Positions 30,323 through 40,417 of a DNA stretch of 47,012 nt are shown one piece after another. Each line of letters opens with the position of its first letter. The first letter of the stretch is position 1. Under the pieces are notes generated by a model that worked only from the letters and a program-made list of their open reading frames with translations, had not been told where the DNA came from and made no database searches. The stretch comes from Candidatus Heimdallarchaeota archaeon. GTDB lineage: Archaea; Asgardarchaeota; Heimdallarchaeia; Hodarchaeales; Hodarchaeaceae. The stretch is taken from positions 1 through 47,012 of the forward strand of contig JBHLSH010000020.1 in NCBI GenBank assembly GCA_048881705.1, written 5' to 3'. A program made the translations under genes and the position numbers.

Positions 30323-32914
30323 TTGCAGGACATTCGAAAGGAATTTTATGATTTCTACGTGATTTCACGAAAATACTTGAAAAAGAATATTAGAGGTTTC
30401 CCTGATTCCGATCAAAGCGACAAGTATGCAAAGATCATTTTGAAACGATTGATGTTTCTATGGTTTTTACAGATCAGGGGGTTCTTAGACAACGATTTTA
30501 ATTATCTGATATCGAATTTTATGAAAAACAAAAACAAGAACTATTTCAAGGAATTCTTGAGCTTTTTATTCTTTGAAGGACTTTCTAAGAATTTTAATGA
30601 CAGAAAAAAGTCCGTCAGTAGGCTATTGGGAGAAATTCCCCACCTTAATATTGATATTTTTCTACCAACAAAAGAAGAGCTTATGTACAAGGAAACAATC
30701 GAAATTCCCAATTCTGTTTTTTATAAAATAATGGTTTATCCTCTAAACAGATCGATTACCGCGTTACCAGTGCTTAATTTGTTAGAAAGCACGTCTTGGA
30801 CCATTAACGAAAAAGTTGGCGACGTTGACAGGTTAAATCCGAATGTTTTGAGTCATATTTTGGAAAGAAGTTTAGGTCAAAAAGCCACTGGCGCAATTTA
30901 TACTCCCAATCAGATTACTTCAAAAATGTGTAAAACCACGCTTACAGAATACATTAATAAAACATTAAATTTTAATTATTCGACATTCATCAATGTTCTG
31001 AAGGAAACTGATGAAAAGAAACAAGCTCAAATACTTAAGCTTATAACAGCAGTACAGATTTTAGATCCGGCAGTAGGGAGCGGTGATTTTCTAGTAAAAA
31101 TGCTTTTTCTTCTTGAAGATATTTACAATAGGTTTGCAAGCGCTGGCAACAAGCTTTTGAACGAAAAATACGAAGTTAATGGGGAAAACATTAGGAAATT
31201 CATTATCAGAAATAACCTATTTGGAGTCGATATATCACTAGAAGCTATAGAAATATGCAAAATGAGATTGATTTTGGCTGCTATAGCCCATGTTACGTTT
31301 TTAGAAGAAATCAATGAGTTAGCAGATATTGATTTCCATTATAGGTGTGGAGATTCATTATTAGGAATCTATGAAAGATTAAGTAAATCAATAGTGGATT
31401 TCAGGGATAATTCTACAGTTAGGGCCAAGAAAGAACCAAAACAACAAAATAGAAAGAAGGTACAAAAGACAGAATATCAGACTGTCAAAGCAACAGAAAT
31501 ACTCGATCGGGAATCCTGTAGATTAAACGAACTTTTTACAAAAATGCTGTTGGAAAAACCTGAGTTCCAGGATATTTATGAAAAATATACTCCCAAGCAA
31601 TTCCATGAAAAATTCCATCCTTTCCATTGGATATTGGAATTTCCGGAGGTATTACAGGCTGCGGATGGAGGATTTGATATATTAATTGGGAATCCCCCGT
31701 ATGTTAGGGCTGATTATCAAGACTTAGTTTATCAAGAATATAGAGGAATAGTAGAGAAGAACTTTTCTCTACTAACACAAAAATGGGATTTGTTTATCCC
31801 ATTCTTAGAATTGGCTATAAAACTTCTAAAATCCAATGGAATTATGTCATTTATTATTTCAGATGGATTCTCTACTTCAAATTATGCATCAAGGATGAGA
31901 AAATACCTTCTGAAAAAAGAGCTCTTTGAAGTTTGCTTTTTTCCAGGAATTCAGATTTTTGAAACTATGAATGTAAGCAACATCATTGTGTCTCTCAGAA
32001 ACAGAAATCGAAATATTGATCATATCACGAAGCGTGTCTTCTATAAAAATCTTGATGAAATTGAAAAAATTGAGAAAGTCAAAATAAAAGATTATGGCGA
32101 GAGATTGTTTCGAAAAAAGGCGTATTCGATTGCCAATGTGAGAAAAATCGCTGTCAAAACTATTCTTCTTGGGCATATATTCTATATAAGCGTTGGTATG
32201 GTTCTAAACAGTGATGAAAAGCGGTTTAAAGGAAAATTCACCAAAAATGATCTAATAAGGGATAATAGAGGCGGCTTCTTCAATAAAAAGTATATTGAAA
32301 ACAAATACATTGACAAATTTCGGATAAACGATGTTAAGTTCTTGGAATATGGTACGGATAGAGTTCCAGGACAGATAAGGCGCCCTACGTTTCCAGAGCT
32401 GTATGACTCCCCTAAAATCATGGTTGGTGCAATTGGAGGGAGAGGAATATTCGATGAATGTGACAATCTTAGGTGTAATCACTCCATCATGATATTAAAA
32501 CCCTATCATGATTTAGTAGGTATAAAAACAAGAGTTCTGAATAGACAAGTAGTAAAAGAAGCAATTTTTCGTGGAAAATTCCTTTCTTTAGATTTTGATC
32601 TGCGTTACATTCTTGGTATCATTAATTCATCATTTGCAAATACTTTCCTCAACTCCGTAAGGACTCATAGACAAGAAGATTACTTCCAACCCAATGATTT
32701 AAGGAAATTACCGATTCCAAATGTCGACAAAGAGAATCAGACAATAATTAAAGAAACAGTGGAAGGAATTGAGCGGAATAGAAGACAACATCTCAATAAA
32801 CTAAGACACGCTGTAAAAGCAGAATTAGATCTACAATATCAGCAATTATTGATGGAATTAGATGATCAGATAAACGATTTGTATTTTCACCAAAGGGGTA
32901 CAAGTGGGAAATGA
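30323..32914 (+). CDS. Eco57I/type IIG-like N6-adenine DNA methyltransferase with TaqI-like target recognition domain, no nuclease domain seen
   Basis: TGAIYTP, ILDPAVGSGDFL, LFGVDI, FHWILEFPEV, DILIGNPPY, and C-terminal YILGIINS...LRKLPIP. Confidence 0.88.
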   Translation: MQDIRKEFYDFYVISRKYLKKNIRGFPDSDQSDKYAKIILKRLMFLWFLQIRGFLDNDFNYLISNFMKNKNKNYFKEFLSFLFFEGLSKNFNDRKKSVSRLLGEIPHLNIDIFLPTKEELMYKETIEIPNSVFYKIMVYPLNRSITALPVLNLLESTSWTINEKVGDVDRLNPNVLSHILERSLGQKATGAIYTPNQITSKMCKTTLTEYINKTLNFNYSTFINVLKETDEKKQAQILKLITAVQILDPAVGSGDFLVKMLFLLEDIYNRFASAGNKLLNEKYEVNGENIRKFIIRNNLFGVDISLEAIEICKMRLILAAIAHVTFLEEINELADIDFHYRCGDSLLGIYERLSKSIVDFRDNSTVRAKKEPKQQNRKKVQKTEYQTVKATEILDRESCRLNELFTKMLLEKPEFQDIYEKYTPKQFHEKFHPFHWILEFPEVLQAADGGFDILIGNPPYVRADYQDLVYQEYRGIVEKNFSLLTQKWDLFIPFLELAIKLLKSNGIMSFIISDGFSTSNYASRMRKYLLKKELFEVCFFPGIQIFETMNVSNIIVSLRNRNRNIDHITKRVFYKNLDEIEKIEKVKIKDYGERLFRKKAYSIANVRKIAVKTILLGHIFYISVGMVLNSDEKRFKGKFTKNDLIRDNRGGFFNKKYIENKYIDKFRINDVKFLEYGTDRVPGQIRRPTFPELYDSPKIMVGAIGGRGIFDECDNLRCNHSIMILKPYHDLVGIKTRVLNRQVVKEAIFRGKFLSLDFDLRYILGIINSSFANTFLNSVRTHRQEDYFQPNDLRKLPIPNVDKENQTIIKETVEGIERNRRQHLNKLRHAVKAELDLQYQQLLMELDDQINDLYFHQRGTSGK

Positions 32915-33181
32915 AATAAAAAATCTATATCCCTATATGCTGACATTGCCTAATCTTATTACCTTTAATGTGGTACAAAGTTCACTGATTCGTTTTCTAG
33001 CTCAAAGACCTTCCTTAAGTATTTCTGGAATAGAACTTTCCGATAAAAGGGGGCCAATTCCTGTCCATTTATGATACGGTAAGATTTGTGGACTTTCTGA
33101 CATTTGGATCGCTTTCTTTGGGAGTTACCTGCACTTAGCTAAAATGCTTTTCCTCTTTATTCCATCTTCACTTGCTATATT

Positions 33182-33787
33182 CTAGGTTTTATACTCTTGA
33201 ATCCAAAGAGACCGTGTAAAATTGGCGGCTGGAGTATTGAAAAGAAGGTAACTCAGACCATCTTGATCTTGAATCGAAATCCATGATAAAGCGACCGTAT
33301 ACGAACCTGCAGGTAGAGGTGCTGAGACAAAATTAAGATAGAAGGTGGAAGAAAATTCCCTGGTTGCTGGATAGGCGCTGGTTTCAAAGTATGAAATCCT
33401 TGTTGTTTTTTTGCCAATTCCTTCAATCCCCAGGGAAACATTAAACCCTACACGCTGGCTTGGGGATAAACTACCCGAAACACCTAGAATATAGAGAGAT
33501 GAATAAACCGAAACAATTCTAGAATTTGATTGAATTGTAATATTCAATTTGGTATCAGGAACCGAAATGTAAGTGTCGTTGTCACTATCCAGAATTTGAG
33601 CGGTCGTTGTGAATTCGCCATATATTGATTGGAGAACAATCCCTCCATCAGTGAATCCCGGGATGGTCGAAACGTCCTCATAAACTATTGGATAAAGCAA
33701 GGGTAAAGCAAATAATCCAATTGCACTTGAAATAATCACGGCTAATAGTACACTACCAGCAACTGCTTTTGTCGACATATTAATCAC
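33182..33787 (-). CDS. Hypothetical membrane-anchored protein
   Basis: N-terminal TM (VLLAVIISSAIGLFALPLLY) followed by a beta-strand-rich domain. Confidence 0.7.
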   Translation of the reverse strand: MINMSTKAVAGSVLLAVIISSAIGLFALPLLYPIVYEDVSTIPGFTDGGIVLQSIYGEFTTTAQILDSDNDTYISVPDTKLNITIQSNSRIVSVYSSLYILGVSGSLSPSQRVGFNVSLGIEGIGKKTTRISYFETSAYPATREFSSTFYLNFVSAPLPAGSYTVALSWISIQDQDGLSYLLFNTPAANFTRSLWIQEYKT

Positions 33788-34031
33788 TTTCTAAGCTTTT
33801 TAGGCGTTTTTGCTCTCAGATTTCATTGTATGAAAAAGTAGTAGTTTATAAGATCGACTTATTTGAAAGCGAAGGGGGATCCCAGCACCTATGGGGACCA
33901 GGATTGTACGAAATTAACAATTATCCGAATTAGAGAACATTCTCCGAGTTGCACACCATCGAATTTTAAAAATGGTCTCAGAACCATAACGTTCCAGTAT
34001 ATGATGGATATAAAATTGGAGGTATCCTCAT

Positions 34032-35174
34032 TTGAATACAAATACGAAATCAATCATGATAATGATCGGGACTCGGAAAGGAGCATTTTTCTTACGTAGC
34101 GATGAGTCACGTAATAATTGGGTATTGGAAGGACCACATTTACTTGGTAGTATGGTTCACCATATAGTGATGGATCCGAGACCCAATAAGGAAAATCTTA
34201 TGTTAATGGCTGCACGAACAGGACATCTTGGCCCAACTGTTTTTCGTTCTACAGATCTAGGAAAAACTTGGAAAGAAGCCACAAAACCTCCTGCCTTCAA
34301 AAAAGCCCGAGATGAGGAAAAGGGGCGCGTAGTAAAATACACATTGTGGCTTACACCAGGCCACAAGACAGAAAGAAACACTTGGTACGCTGGAACCAGC
34401 CCTCACGGACTTTTTCGTACGAATGACGATGGAGATACTTGGGAAGGTGTGAGTGGATTCAATGAACACCCCATGAGACCTAAATGGGGTGATGATATCG
34501 AAGCGGCTACACCCGACGGACCTTTGCTTCATTCCATTAATATTGATCCACGAAATCCAAACCACATCTATTTAGGACTCAGTACTGGAGGTTTTTTCGA
34601 AAGTACGACAAAAGGGACAGATTGGACGCCATTGAATAAAGGATGTGTGGCCGATTTTCTTCCGACACCTGATCCTGAATATGGTCACGATCCGCACTGT
34701 GTTTATCTTCATCCTTTAGATCCCGATCGATTGTACATGCAGAACCATTGTGGGATTTATCGACTTGATCGTTCTAAAACCGATACGTGGGATCGAATTG
34801 GAGAAAACATGCCGAAGGAAATCGGAGACATTGGATTTCCCATGACATTGCATCCAAGAGACCCTGATACTGTTTGGGTATTTCCAATGGATGGAACTGA
34901 CGTTTGGCCTCGGACTAGCCCCGCAGGAAAACCCGCTGTGTATATAACTAGAAACGGGGGATCTAGTTGGGAACGTCAAGATAGGGGTCTGCCGCCGCAA
35001 GGATGGTTCACAGTGCTCAGACAAGCAATGACTGCTGACCAACAAGACCCTGCTGGCATTTATTTTGGGACAACTAATGGAGAACTTTGGGCAAGTAACA
35101 ATGAAGGAGAAGAATGGAGTTGTCTTATTCAACATTTACCAAAGATCTTTTCACTAGAAGTCGGTGAGATTTAG
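34032..35174 (+). CDS. BNR/Asp-box beta-propeller (sialidase-like) protein
   Basis: Repeated S/T-x-D-x-G-x-T/S-W boxes (RSTDLGKTW, RTNDDGDTW, TRNGGSSW, SNNEGEEW). Confidence 0.85.
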   Translation: MNTNTKSIMIMIGTRKGAFFLRSDESRNNWVLEGPHLLGSMVHHIVMDPRPNKENLMLMAARTGHLGPTVFRSTDLGKTWKEATKPPAFKKARDEEKGRVVKYTLWLTPGHKTERNTWYAGTSPHGLFRTNDDGDTWEGVSGFNEHPMRPKWGDDIEAATPDGPLLHSINIDPRNPNHIYLGLSTGGFFESTTKGTDWTPLNKGCVADFLPTPDPEYGHDPHCVYLHPLDPDRLYMQNHCGIYRLDRSKTDTWDRIGENMPKEIGDIGFPMTLHPRDPDTVWVFPMDGTDVWPRTSPAGKPAVYITRNGGSSWERQDRGLPPQGWFTVLRQAMTADQQDPAGIYFGTTNGELWASNNEGEEWSCLIQHLPKIFSLEVGEI

Positions 35175-35176
35175 GG

Positions 35177-35437
35177 ATGAAAGTCTATATTCCAACCCAT
35201 CTACGTTCGTATACAGGTCAGGAAAGCCAAGTCGCCGTGCGTGGGAAGACGATTTCGGAAGCTATGAAAGATTTAAATGCTCAGTTTCCAGGCATTCGCT
35301 TTCGGATCATCGATGAACAGGATCAGGTACGTGAACATATCCGGATTTTTCTCAATCAGGAGCAGATTAGTTCTCTTGAAATGCGGGTTTCGGATAATGA
35401 CGAGATTCATATAATTGCTGCCCTAAGTGGAGGCTGA
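35177..35437 (+). CDS. MoaD/ThiS/SAMP ubiquitin-like protein
   Basis: 86 aa, beta-grasp pattern, C-terminal AALSGG. Starts 2 nt after the BNR gene. Confidence 0.92.
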   Translation: MKVYIPTHLRSYTGQESQVAVRGKTISEAMKDLNAQFPGIRFRIIDEQDQVREHIRIFLNQEQISSLEMRVSDNDEIHIIAALSGG

Positions 35438-35657
35438 GCAATACAAATTTCCCTGATCCAAGTTATCTGTAGTTAATAGGGGAGTCTGTAGCATGAATTA
35501 TTATTCGATCGATGTTTTAAATTCTGCAGACTCTGAAACGGTTAATTGGAGGCCCAAACAGCCCAGTTATAGGTAATAAGGTAACAAAAAGAGGACAAGG
35601 AGCAATATAGAAACAGCTTGTCTTTATTTGCTTGAAGTCAAGTTTTCTTGGGAATCT

Positions 35658-36083
35658 TTAGCTCCGCGAGATTCTCTTGAAATAAATAAGTTCGGGATCT
35701 CCTGGATCTAAATTATGTACTATTCCACTTCTAGCAAAGTTCAGCGTTTTCAGCAATCCCTGCATTGGTATGTTTGATTGATTTGTGGATGTGAATAATT
35801 TCTCAGTCGTGCATTTTGTTTCGATATACTCCATCAACTTGGTACCTATCCCTTTTCTTCTATATTTCTCTTTTACGTATAGCATTGATACGAATCCACA
35901 TTCAAAAAAGCTGTATTCCAAGATAATATATCCTACTAGCTCCTCTTTGGTTATAGCCACATAACATCGATTCTTGAGTATAGATCTCTCTATAAATACC
36001 CTCCGACTCTTCTGAGTGGGAGCTACATGATCGAATCCAATAATTGAATCGAGCTCCTTTAACTTGGCCAACCGAATCCTCAT
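35658..36083 (-). CDS. GNAT-family acetyltransferase
   Basis: LYVKEKYRRKGIGTKLM acetyl-CoA motif; STNQSN...LNF. Confidence 0.88.
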   Translation of the reverse strand: MRIRLAKLKELDSIIGFDHVAPTQKSRRVFIERSILKNRCYVAITKEELVGYIILEYSFFECGFVSMLYVKEKYRRKGIGTKLMEYIETKCTTEKLFTSTNQSNIPMQGLLKTLNFARSGIVHNLDPGDPELIYFKRISRS

Positions 36084-36124
36084 TGTTTACACTCCACCAT
36101 TAACCACTCCATGGAGCTTATGGA

Positions 36125-36490
36125 TCAATCTCCTTTTGTTTGCAATTCTAGGGGTTCAAACAATAACACGTACGTATTCTCATCGCTCTTTGGACAGTGT
36201 TCGGTTCCCTTGGGAATGACAACCATTTGTCCCTCTTTTAGTATGATGTCGGGTGCTGTTTTTATCTGAATAATCATTTTACCTCGTACTACATAAAATA
36301 ACTCATCTTCATCGGTGTGTTTATGCCAATGATACTCTCCCTTAACAAGGGCCATTCGTACCACCTGATCATTGACCTTTGCTACATCAATTGGATGCCA
36401 AGGTCTCCCGTCTATTTCCGTAATTATATCATTTAAGTTAATTATAGGAATCATAGCACTATCTTCCAGATCTGAACATAAAAGCATCAT
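36125..36490 (-). CDS. Cupin-domain protein
   Basis: GEYHWHKHTDEDELFYV...GQMVVIPKGTEHCP. Start may be a downstream Met. Confidence 0.9.
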   Translation of the reverse strand: MMLLCSDLEDSAMIPIINLNDIITEIDGRPWHPIDVAKVNDQVVRMALVKGEYHWHKHTDEDELFYVVRGKMIIQIKTAPDIILKEGQMVVIPKGTEHCPKSDENTYVLLFEPLELQTKGD

Positions 36491-36555
36491 TTCATTGGAG
36501 AAATCTATTGTAATCCTCTTGCTTTAAACTTCTTACGACCAAAAGGTTCAATTAA

Positions 36556-37047
36556 TCATCCAATGATCAGAAAGGCAATAATTGAAGAGATGACACTAAA
36601 TACCAGGCCAAAAATCAATCCCCTTAAAAAACCGTTAAGATGGGGCCTGAAAGTGGTGTAATACGGTGTTTGTGGAAGGTTTTTTAACTGAAACACGTTT
36701 TTTACCACCAAAAAATAATCTATTATAATTAAATCCCATAAATTAACAAACAAAAATATTCCGTAGGTCAAAATGAATATTTCAATTATATTCAATTTAA
36801 CACCCTCCTGGACTACAAAGAAAAGGTTCGCAATGATTGGCAGTCCGATCACCAAACCTAAGAACAGGAAAAACAGTAAATATCCCCCTGCCGAGATTTT
36901 TTCCTTTTCTTTGAATTTTCCTTTTTCGTCTCTAACCAGGTTTCCAGTTCCAGTGAGGTACATAATCACTAGAAGCGCTGTAAAACATATAGAAGCGAAA
37001 AATCCCCAAAACAAAACATAAAAAGTAAAAATTTCAAATGTGACCAT
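36556..37047 (-). CDS. Hypothetical four-TM membrane protein
   Basis: Four hydrophobic segments; NLWDLIIIDY motif. Confidence 0.7.
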   Translation of the reverse strand: MVTFEIFTFYVLFWGFFASICFTALLVIMYLTGTGNLVRDEKGKFKEKEKISAGGYLLFFLFLGLVIGLPIIANLFFVVQEGVKLNIIEIFILTYGIFLFVNLWDLIIIDYFLVVKNVFQLKNLPQTPYYTTFRPHLNGFLRGLIFGLVFSVISSIIAFLIIG

Positions 37048-37184
37048 GATCTCACCAATTGATATAGAAATAACTCTCTTTTACAATAACTGCCAATTGC
37101 TAACCACCTGACGAGGTACTCTTTATAAAATAGACTCCTCTATGCCGTTATTTTTGATCGTCAGAAAAGGCACTTCAAGCGGTA

Positions 37185-38294
37185 CTAATTGGGAGTTATC
37201 AGAGCCTTCATAACTTCTAACTTCTCCACATTCTTCAATGCTTCATCTGCTTCGTCCAACGAATACTCTCGTGATATAATGGATTCAAAAGGGAATTTAT
37301 CGCCAAATTTGGCTATTAATTTTACCGCAAGATATACATGACTATAATCGGTTCCCCAGGAACCTCGAATTGTCAAATGCTTGCTATTAATATGTAGGTG
37401 GGGATTAATATCAATATTGCCAGCATTAGTATATTGTCCAACAATGGTATATGTCCCCCCGTTTCGGGTCATTTCCATCCCTTCCTTTATTGCGGAAGGA
37501 ACACCAGTAGCCTCAATTGTTACATCAGCCCCTCTTCCTTGAGTGGCATCTAACACTTCCTGCACTCGCGATTTGGGATCGTGATCCATGATATTGATGC
37601 GGGTCTCAATCTCAAATTTCTTAGCTAAATCCAATCGATGTAGGGGGCCCCCTAACAAAATGACTTGGAAAGCGCCACTTAATTTAGCACAAAGGGCAGC
37701 CATTAGCCCAACTGGTCCAGAACCTTGAACTGCCACAGTGTCTCCGAGATTAATCTTTGATCGTTGGATGGCATGGATTGCCGTGGGTAATCCACATCCA
37801 CCCGCCATATAAGCTCTCATGAATGAGGGATGGGGTAATTTAATAATCTTCACTCCTGGTTTTAGATAAATGTATTGGGACCACCCTCCTAGTAATCCCT
37901 CATTGGCTGAGTATGTGATTCCATAAACCTTTCGATGGGGACAAAGAGTCCTAGTTTTCGCAACTAAACAATACCAACACGAGTTACAAGTCTCATGGAC
38001 ATCCAAGAATGTGACTGGATCCCCTATTTTAAGTGGATTGCCTTCAATATCAGTAACAGACCCATTCAGTTCAGAAATGATACCAGTAGACACATGTCCG
38101 GGGATGATTGGATAGGGAACTCCACTCAAATGACCTTTTTTTAAATGAATATCAGTTCCACAGACTTCTGAATAAGCGGTTTTTAGTAATATGGCTCCTT
38201 CTTCCAATTCTGGTTTAGGTTGTTCTCGTAGCTCAATTGTCCCTTGTTTTGTTAATACAGCCGTTTTTACCATAATACTACTCGCAAAAATCAT
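37185..38294 (-). CDS. Zn-dependent medium-chain alcohol dehydrogenase
   Basis: VCGTDIH, PGHV, CNSCWYC...C structural Zn site, GSGPVG, GADVTIEATG. Confidence 0.92.
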   Translation of the reverse strand: MIFASSIMVKTAVLTKQGTIELREQPKPELEEGAILLKTAYSEVCGTDIHLKKGHLSGVPYPIIPGHVSTGIISELNGSVTDIEGNPLKIGDPVTFLDVHETCNSCWYCLVAKTRTLCPHRKVYGITYSANEGLLGGWSQYIYLKPGVKIIKLPHPSFMRAYMAGGCGLPTAIHAIQRSKINLGDTVAVQGSGPVGLMAALCAKLSGAFQVILLGGPLHRLDLAKKFEIETRINIMDHDPKSRVQEVLDATQGRGADVTIEATGVPSAIKEGMEMTRNGGTYTIVGQYTNAGNIDINPHLHINSKHLTIRGSWGTDYSHVYLAVKLIAKFGDKFPFESIISREYSLDEADEALKNVEKLEVMKALITPN

Positions 38295-38484
38295 GATATT
38301 TATTTCTTAAGTTGATGGTATCCAAACAAATTGGGAAAATCCCTCGTAAAGGCTTACCAATTCAATAAAACTATATATTGAATCTTGAATCTCTACTTGA
38401 AAGCGACTCGAAATAGGAACACGAAGTTTTTAATTGAAAAGAGGAAAGTTTTTGCAATGTTTCCACTATAAAGGGATTTTTTCT

Positions 38485-38967
38485 ATGGCAGGTTATATAT
38501 CTCAGATTAATATCAAAACCAGGACACTAGGAGAACGTGGCCTTCCTAAATATCCTGTTGAGACAGCTAGGCTAACCAAGAAAGGGCTAGAGGGAGATTT
38601 TAATGTCTATCGAACAAAACGGAAAAACAATGACCCCAGTCAAGCGGTATTGATAATGCCAATTGAAATGATTCACACCTTAAATCAGGAAGGTTGGCCA
38701 ATAAAATCCGGCGATTTGGGCGAGAATTTTACCACCAAAGGTATAGAATATGATGAATTTCAGCCAGGAGATCAATTTAATATCGGAGAAACAATCATTG
38801 AGATCACCAAAGGTTGTAATCCTTGTAGAAACCTTTCCGTATTGCCCTATGTCACAGAAAAAAAAGTTTCCAAGTTTATCCAATTCATGCTCAATAGACG
38901 TGGATGGTATGGGAAGGTTGTGCGAGAAGGCATTGTCAAAAAGGGCGATGATATCCAGAAACTCTGA
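38485..38967 (+). CDS. MOSC-domain protein (YiiM-like)
   Basis: GLEGD, GDLGENFT, IEITKGCNPC, RRGWYGKVVREGIVKKGD. The ORF opens at 38434; the ATG at 38485 is likely. Confidence 0.88.
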   Translation: MAGYISQINIKTRTLGERGLPKYPVETARLTKKGLEGDFNVYRTKRKNNDPSQAVLIMPIEMIHTLNQEGWPIKSGDLGENFTTKGIEYDEFQPGDQFNIGETIIEITKGCNPCRNLSVLPYVTEKKVSKFIQFMLNRRGWYGKVVREGIVKKGDDIQKL

Positions 38968-39416
38968 AAAATCGAGTTTGACATAATTTCTGAGAGAACA
39001 TTGATGTGAATGGCATTCCGTCTGTCGATACCTTCACTGAACTCATTGATTTGAAAAAACTGCGTTTTCATCAACACTGGCGTATCCTATTTCCTCTGTA
39101 CGTTAACAAATATCCCCAATATACCTAATTAATGTTGGGGCATTCGATTGAGAGAGGAGCCTCCATTGGATTACCCCCGAAGAGTTAGGTTATTGCCGCG
39201 AAATAAATTGATTAAAATCATCTTTGAGTGATATAGAGCATCAAATCGCTAGAAACAAAGCTGCTTTTTCTCTGTTCTGAACCCCTCAATAGGAATGGGC
39301 GCTAGTAAACGATGATACAAAGACACAAAAACTCATTGATGTTTGCAGGATAAAAGCCAATCGTATCTTTCGGGGTAAGGAACAATGAGAGCGGTATAAA
39401 AGGGATGTGATCATTT

Positions 39417-40265
39417 ATGGAAAACAGATTGGTGGCATTAGGAATTATTACAATTGTTATTTCTAGTTTGGTTGTCGGTATAGCTGTTATATTAATGTCT
39501 ATTGACAACACTGGTCAGGACACAGACATTAATGACCAAGAAATCATTGGTGATAAGTTTCTGTACTATCACGGGATTAATATTACCTGGTTCGGAGAGG
39601 CTGCCTTCAGAATAATCTCTGGAGATCTTGCTGTTTATATTGATCCATACGTAATACCAAGTGGTGCAGAAATAGCTGATATTATAATCAGTACTCACAC
39701 CCACGGGGAACATCTTTCCTTGTTTGATATTGTCTATCTATCTGATGCCGATACAACCCTCTATACACCCAAACCGAACCGATCCATTGATGGTATCGGT
39801 CCTAATCCCGAAGCTGTGACTAGTTCAGTTCCTGGAAATGTGACTTTTTCAAAGCCTGGGATGGTAGTCAATCATTCTAACACCATTTTGGAATTTGTAC
39901 CTGCCTATAATATCGATAAATATAACTATAACATCCCAGGACAGCTATGGCATCCCCCATGGGCTAACTGGACTGGAGTTATTGTTGAAATAGATGGAAC
40001 TAGGATATATCATCCTGGGGACAGTGATCACATTCCTGAAATGGAGCAGATAGATTGTGACATTTTCTTGGCACCTGTCGGGGGGGTAGGGGTCATGACA
40101 TCCCACGAGGCTGCCGACGCAGTAGAGTCTCTGAAAATAACATCAGACCTAAAGTATGCAGTTCCCATGCATTATGGTTATATCCCCACGGACTCTCCAA
40201 TTGGACCGTCCGCGAATTTTGCGGCAGAAGCTAATTGTACAGTTGTGATTCTAAAACCAGTATAA
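39417..40265 (+). CDS. Membrane-anchored metallo-beta-lactamase-fold hydrolase
   Basis: N-terminal TM, ITWFG, STHTHGEH, YHPGDS, PMHYG. Confidence 0.88.
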   Translation: MENRLVALGIITIVISSLVVGIAVILMSIDNTGQDTDINDQEIIGDKFLYYHGINITWFGEAAFRIISGDLAVYIDPYVIPSGAEIADIIISTHTHGEHLSLFDIVYLSDADTTLYTPKPNRSIDGIGPNPEAVTSSVPGNVTFSKPGMVVNHSNTILEFVPAYNIDKYNYNIPGQLWHPPWANWTGVIVEIDGTRIYHPGDSDHIPEMEQIDCDIFLAPVGGVGVMTSHEAADAVESLKITSDLKYAVPMHYGYIPTDSPIGPSANFAAEANCTVVILKPV

Positions 40266-40417
40266 GCAGGTAAAATATCTATTAAAAAGGCTAAGAGCCG
40301 TGTTATCCCCCATCAGTAAGAGGGGATAGCACTGAATAACATGAAACTTGGTATTGTCGTCAATGTATTCTTTGGCGACATTACATCTGAGCATCAACTA
40401 CTTGAAACAGATTAGTT

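Noticed and set aside
32950-33130. About 58-codon open minus-strand frame (KCQKVHKSYRIING...)
   Set aside because: No convincing start codon and no recognisable family.
38970-39410. Intergenic stretch with short protein-like fragments (WITPEELGY; EWALVNDDTKTQKL) and a CCCCAA/TTGGGG hairpin
   Set aside because: It may be a gene relic, but I cannot assign the fragments to any family by eye. BLASTx would be needed.
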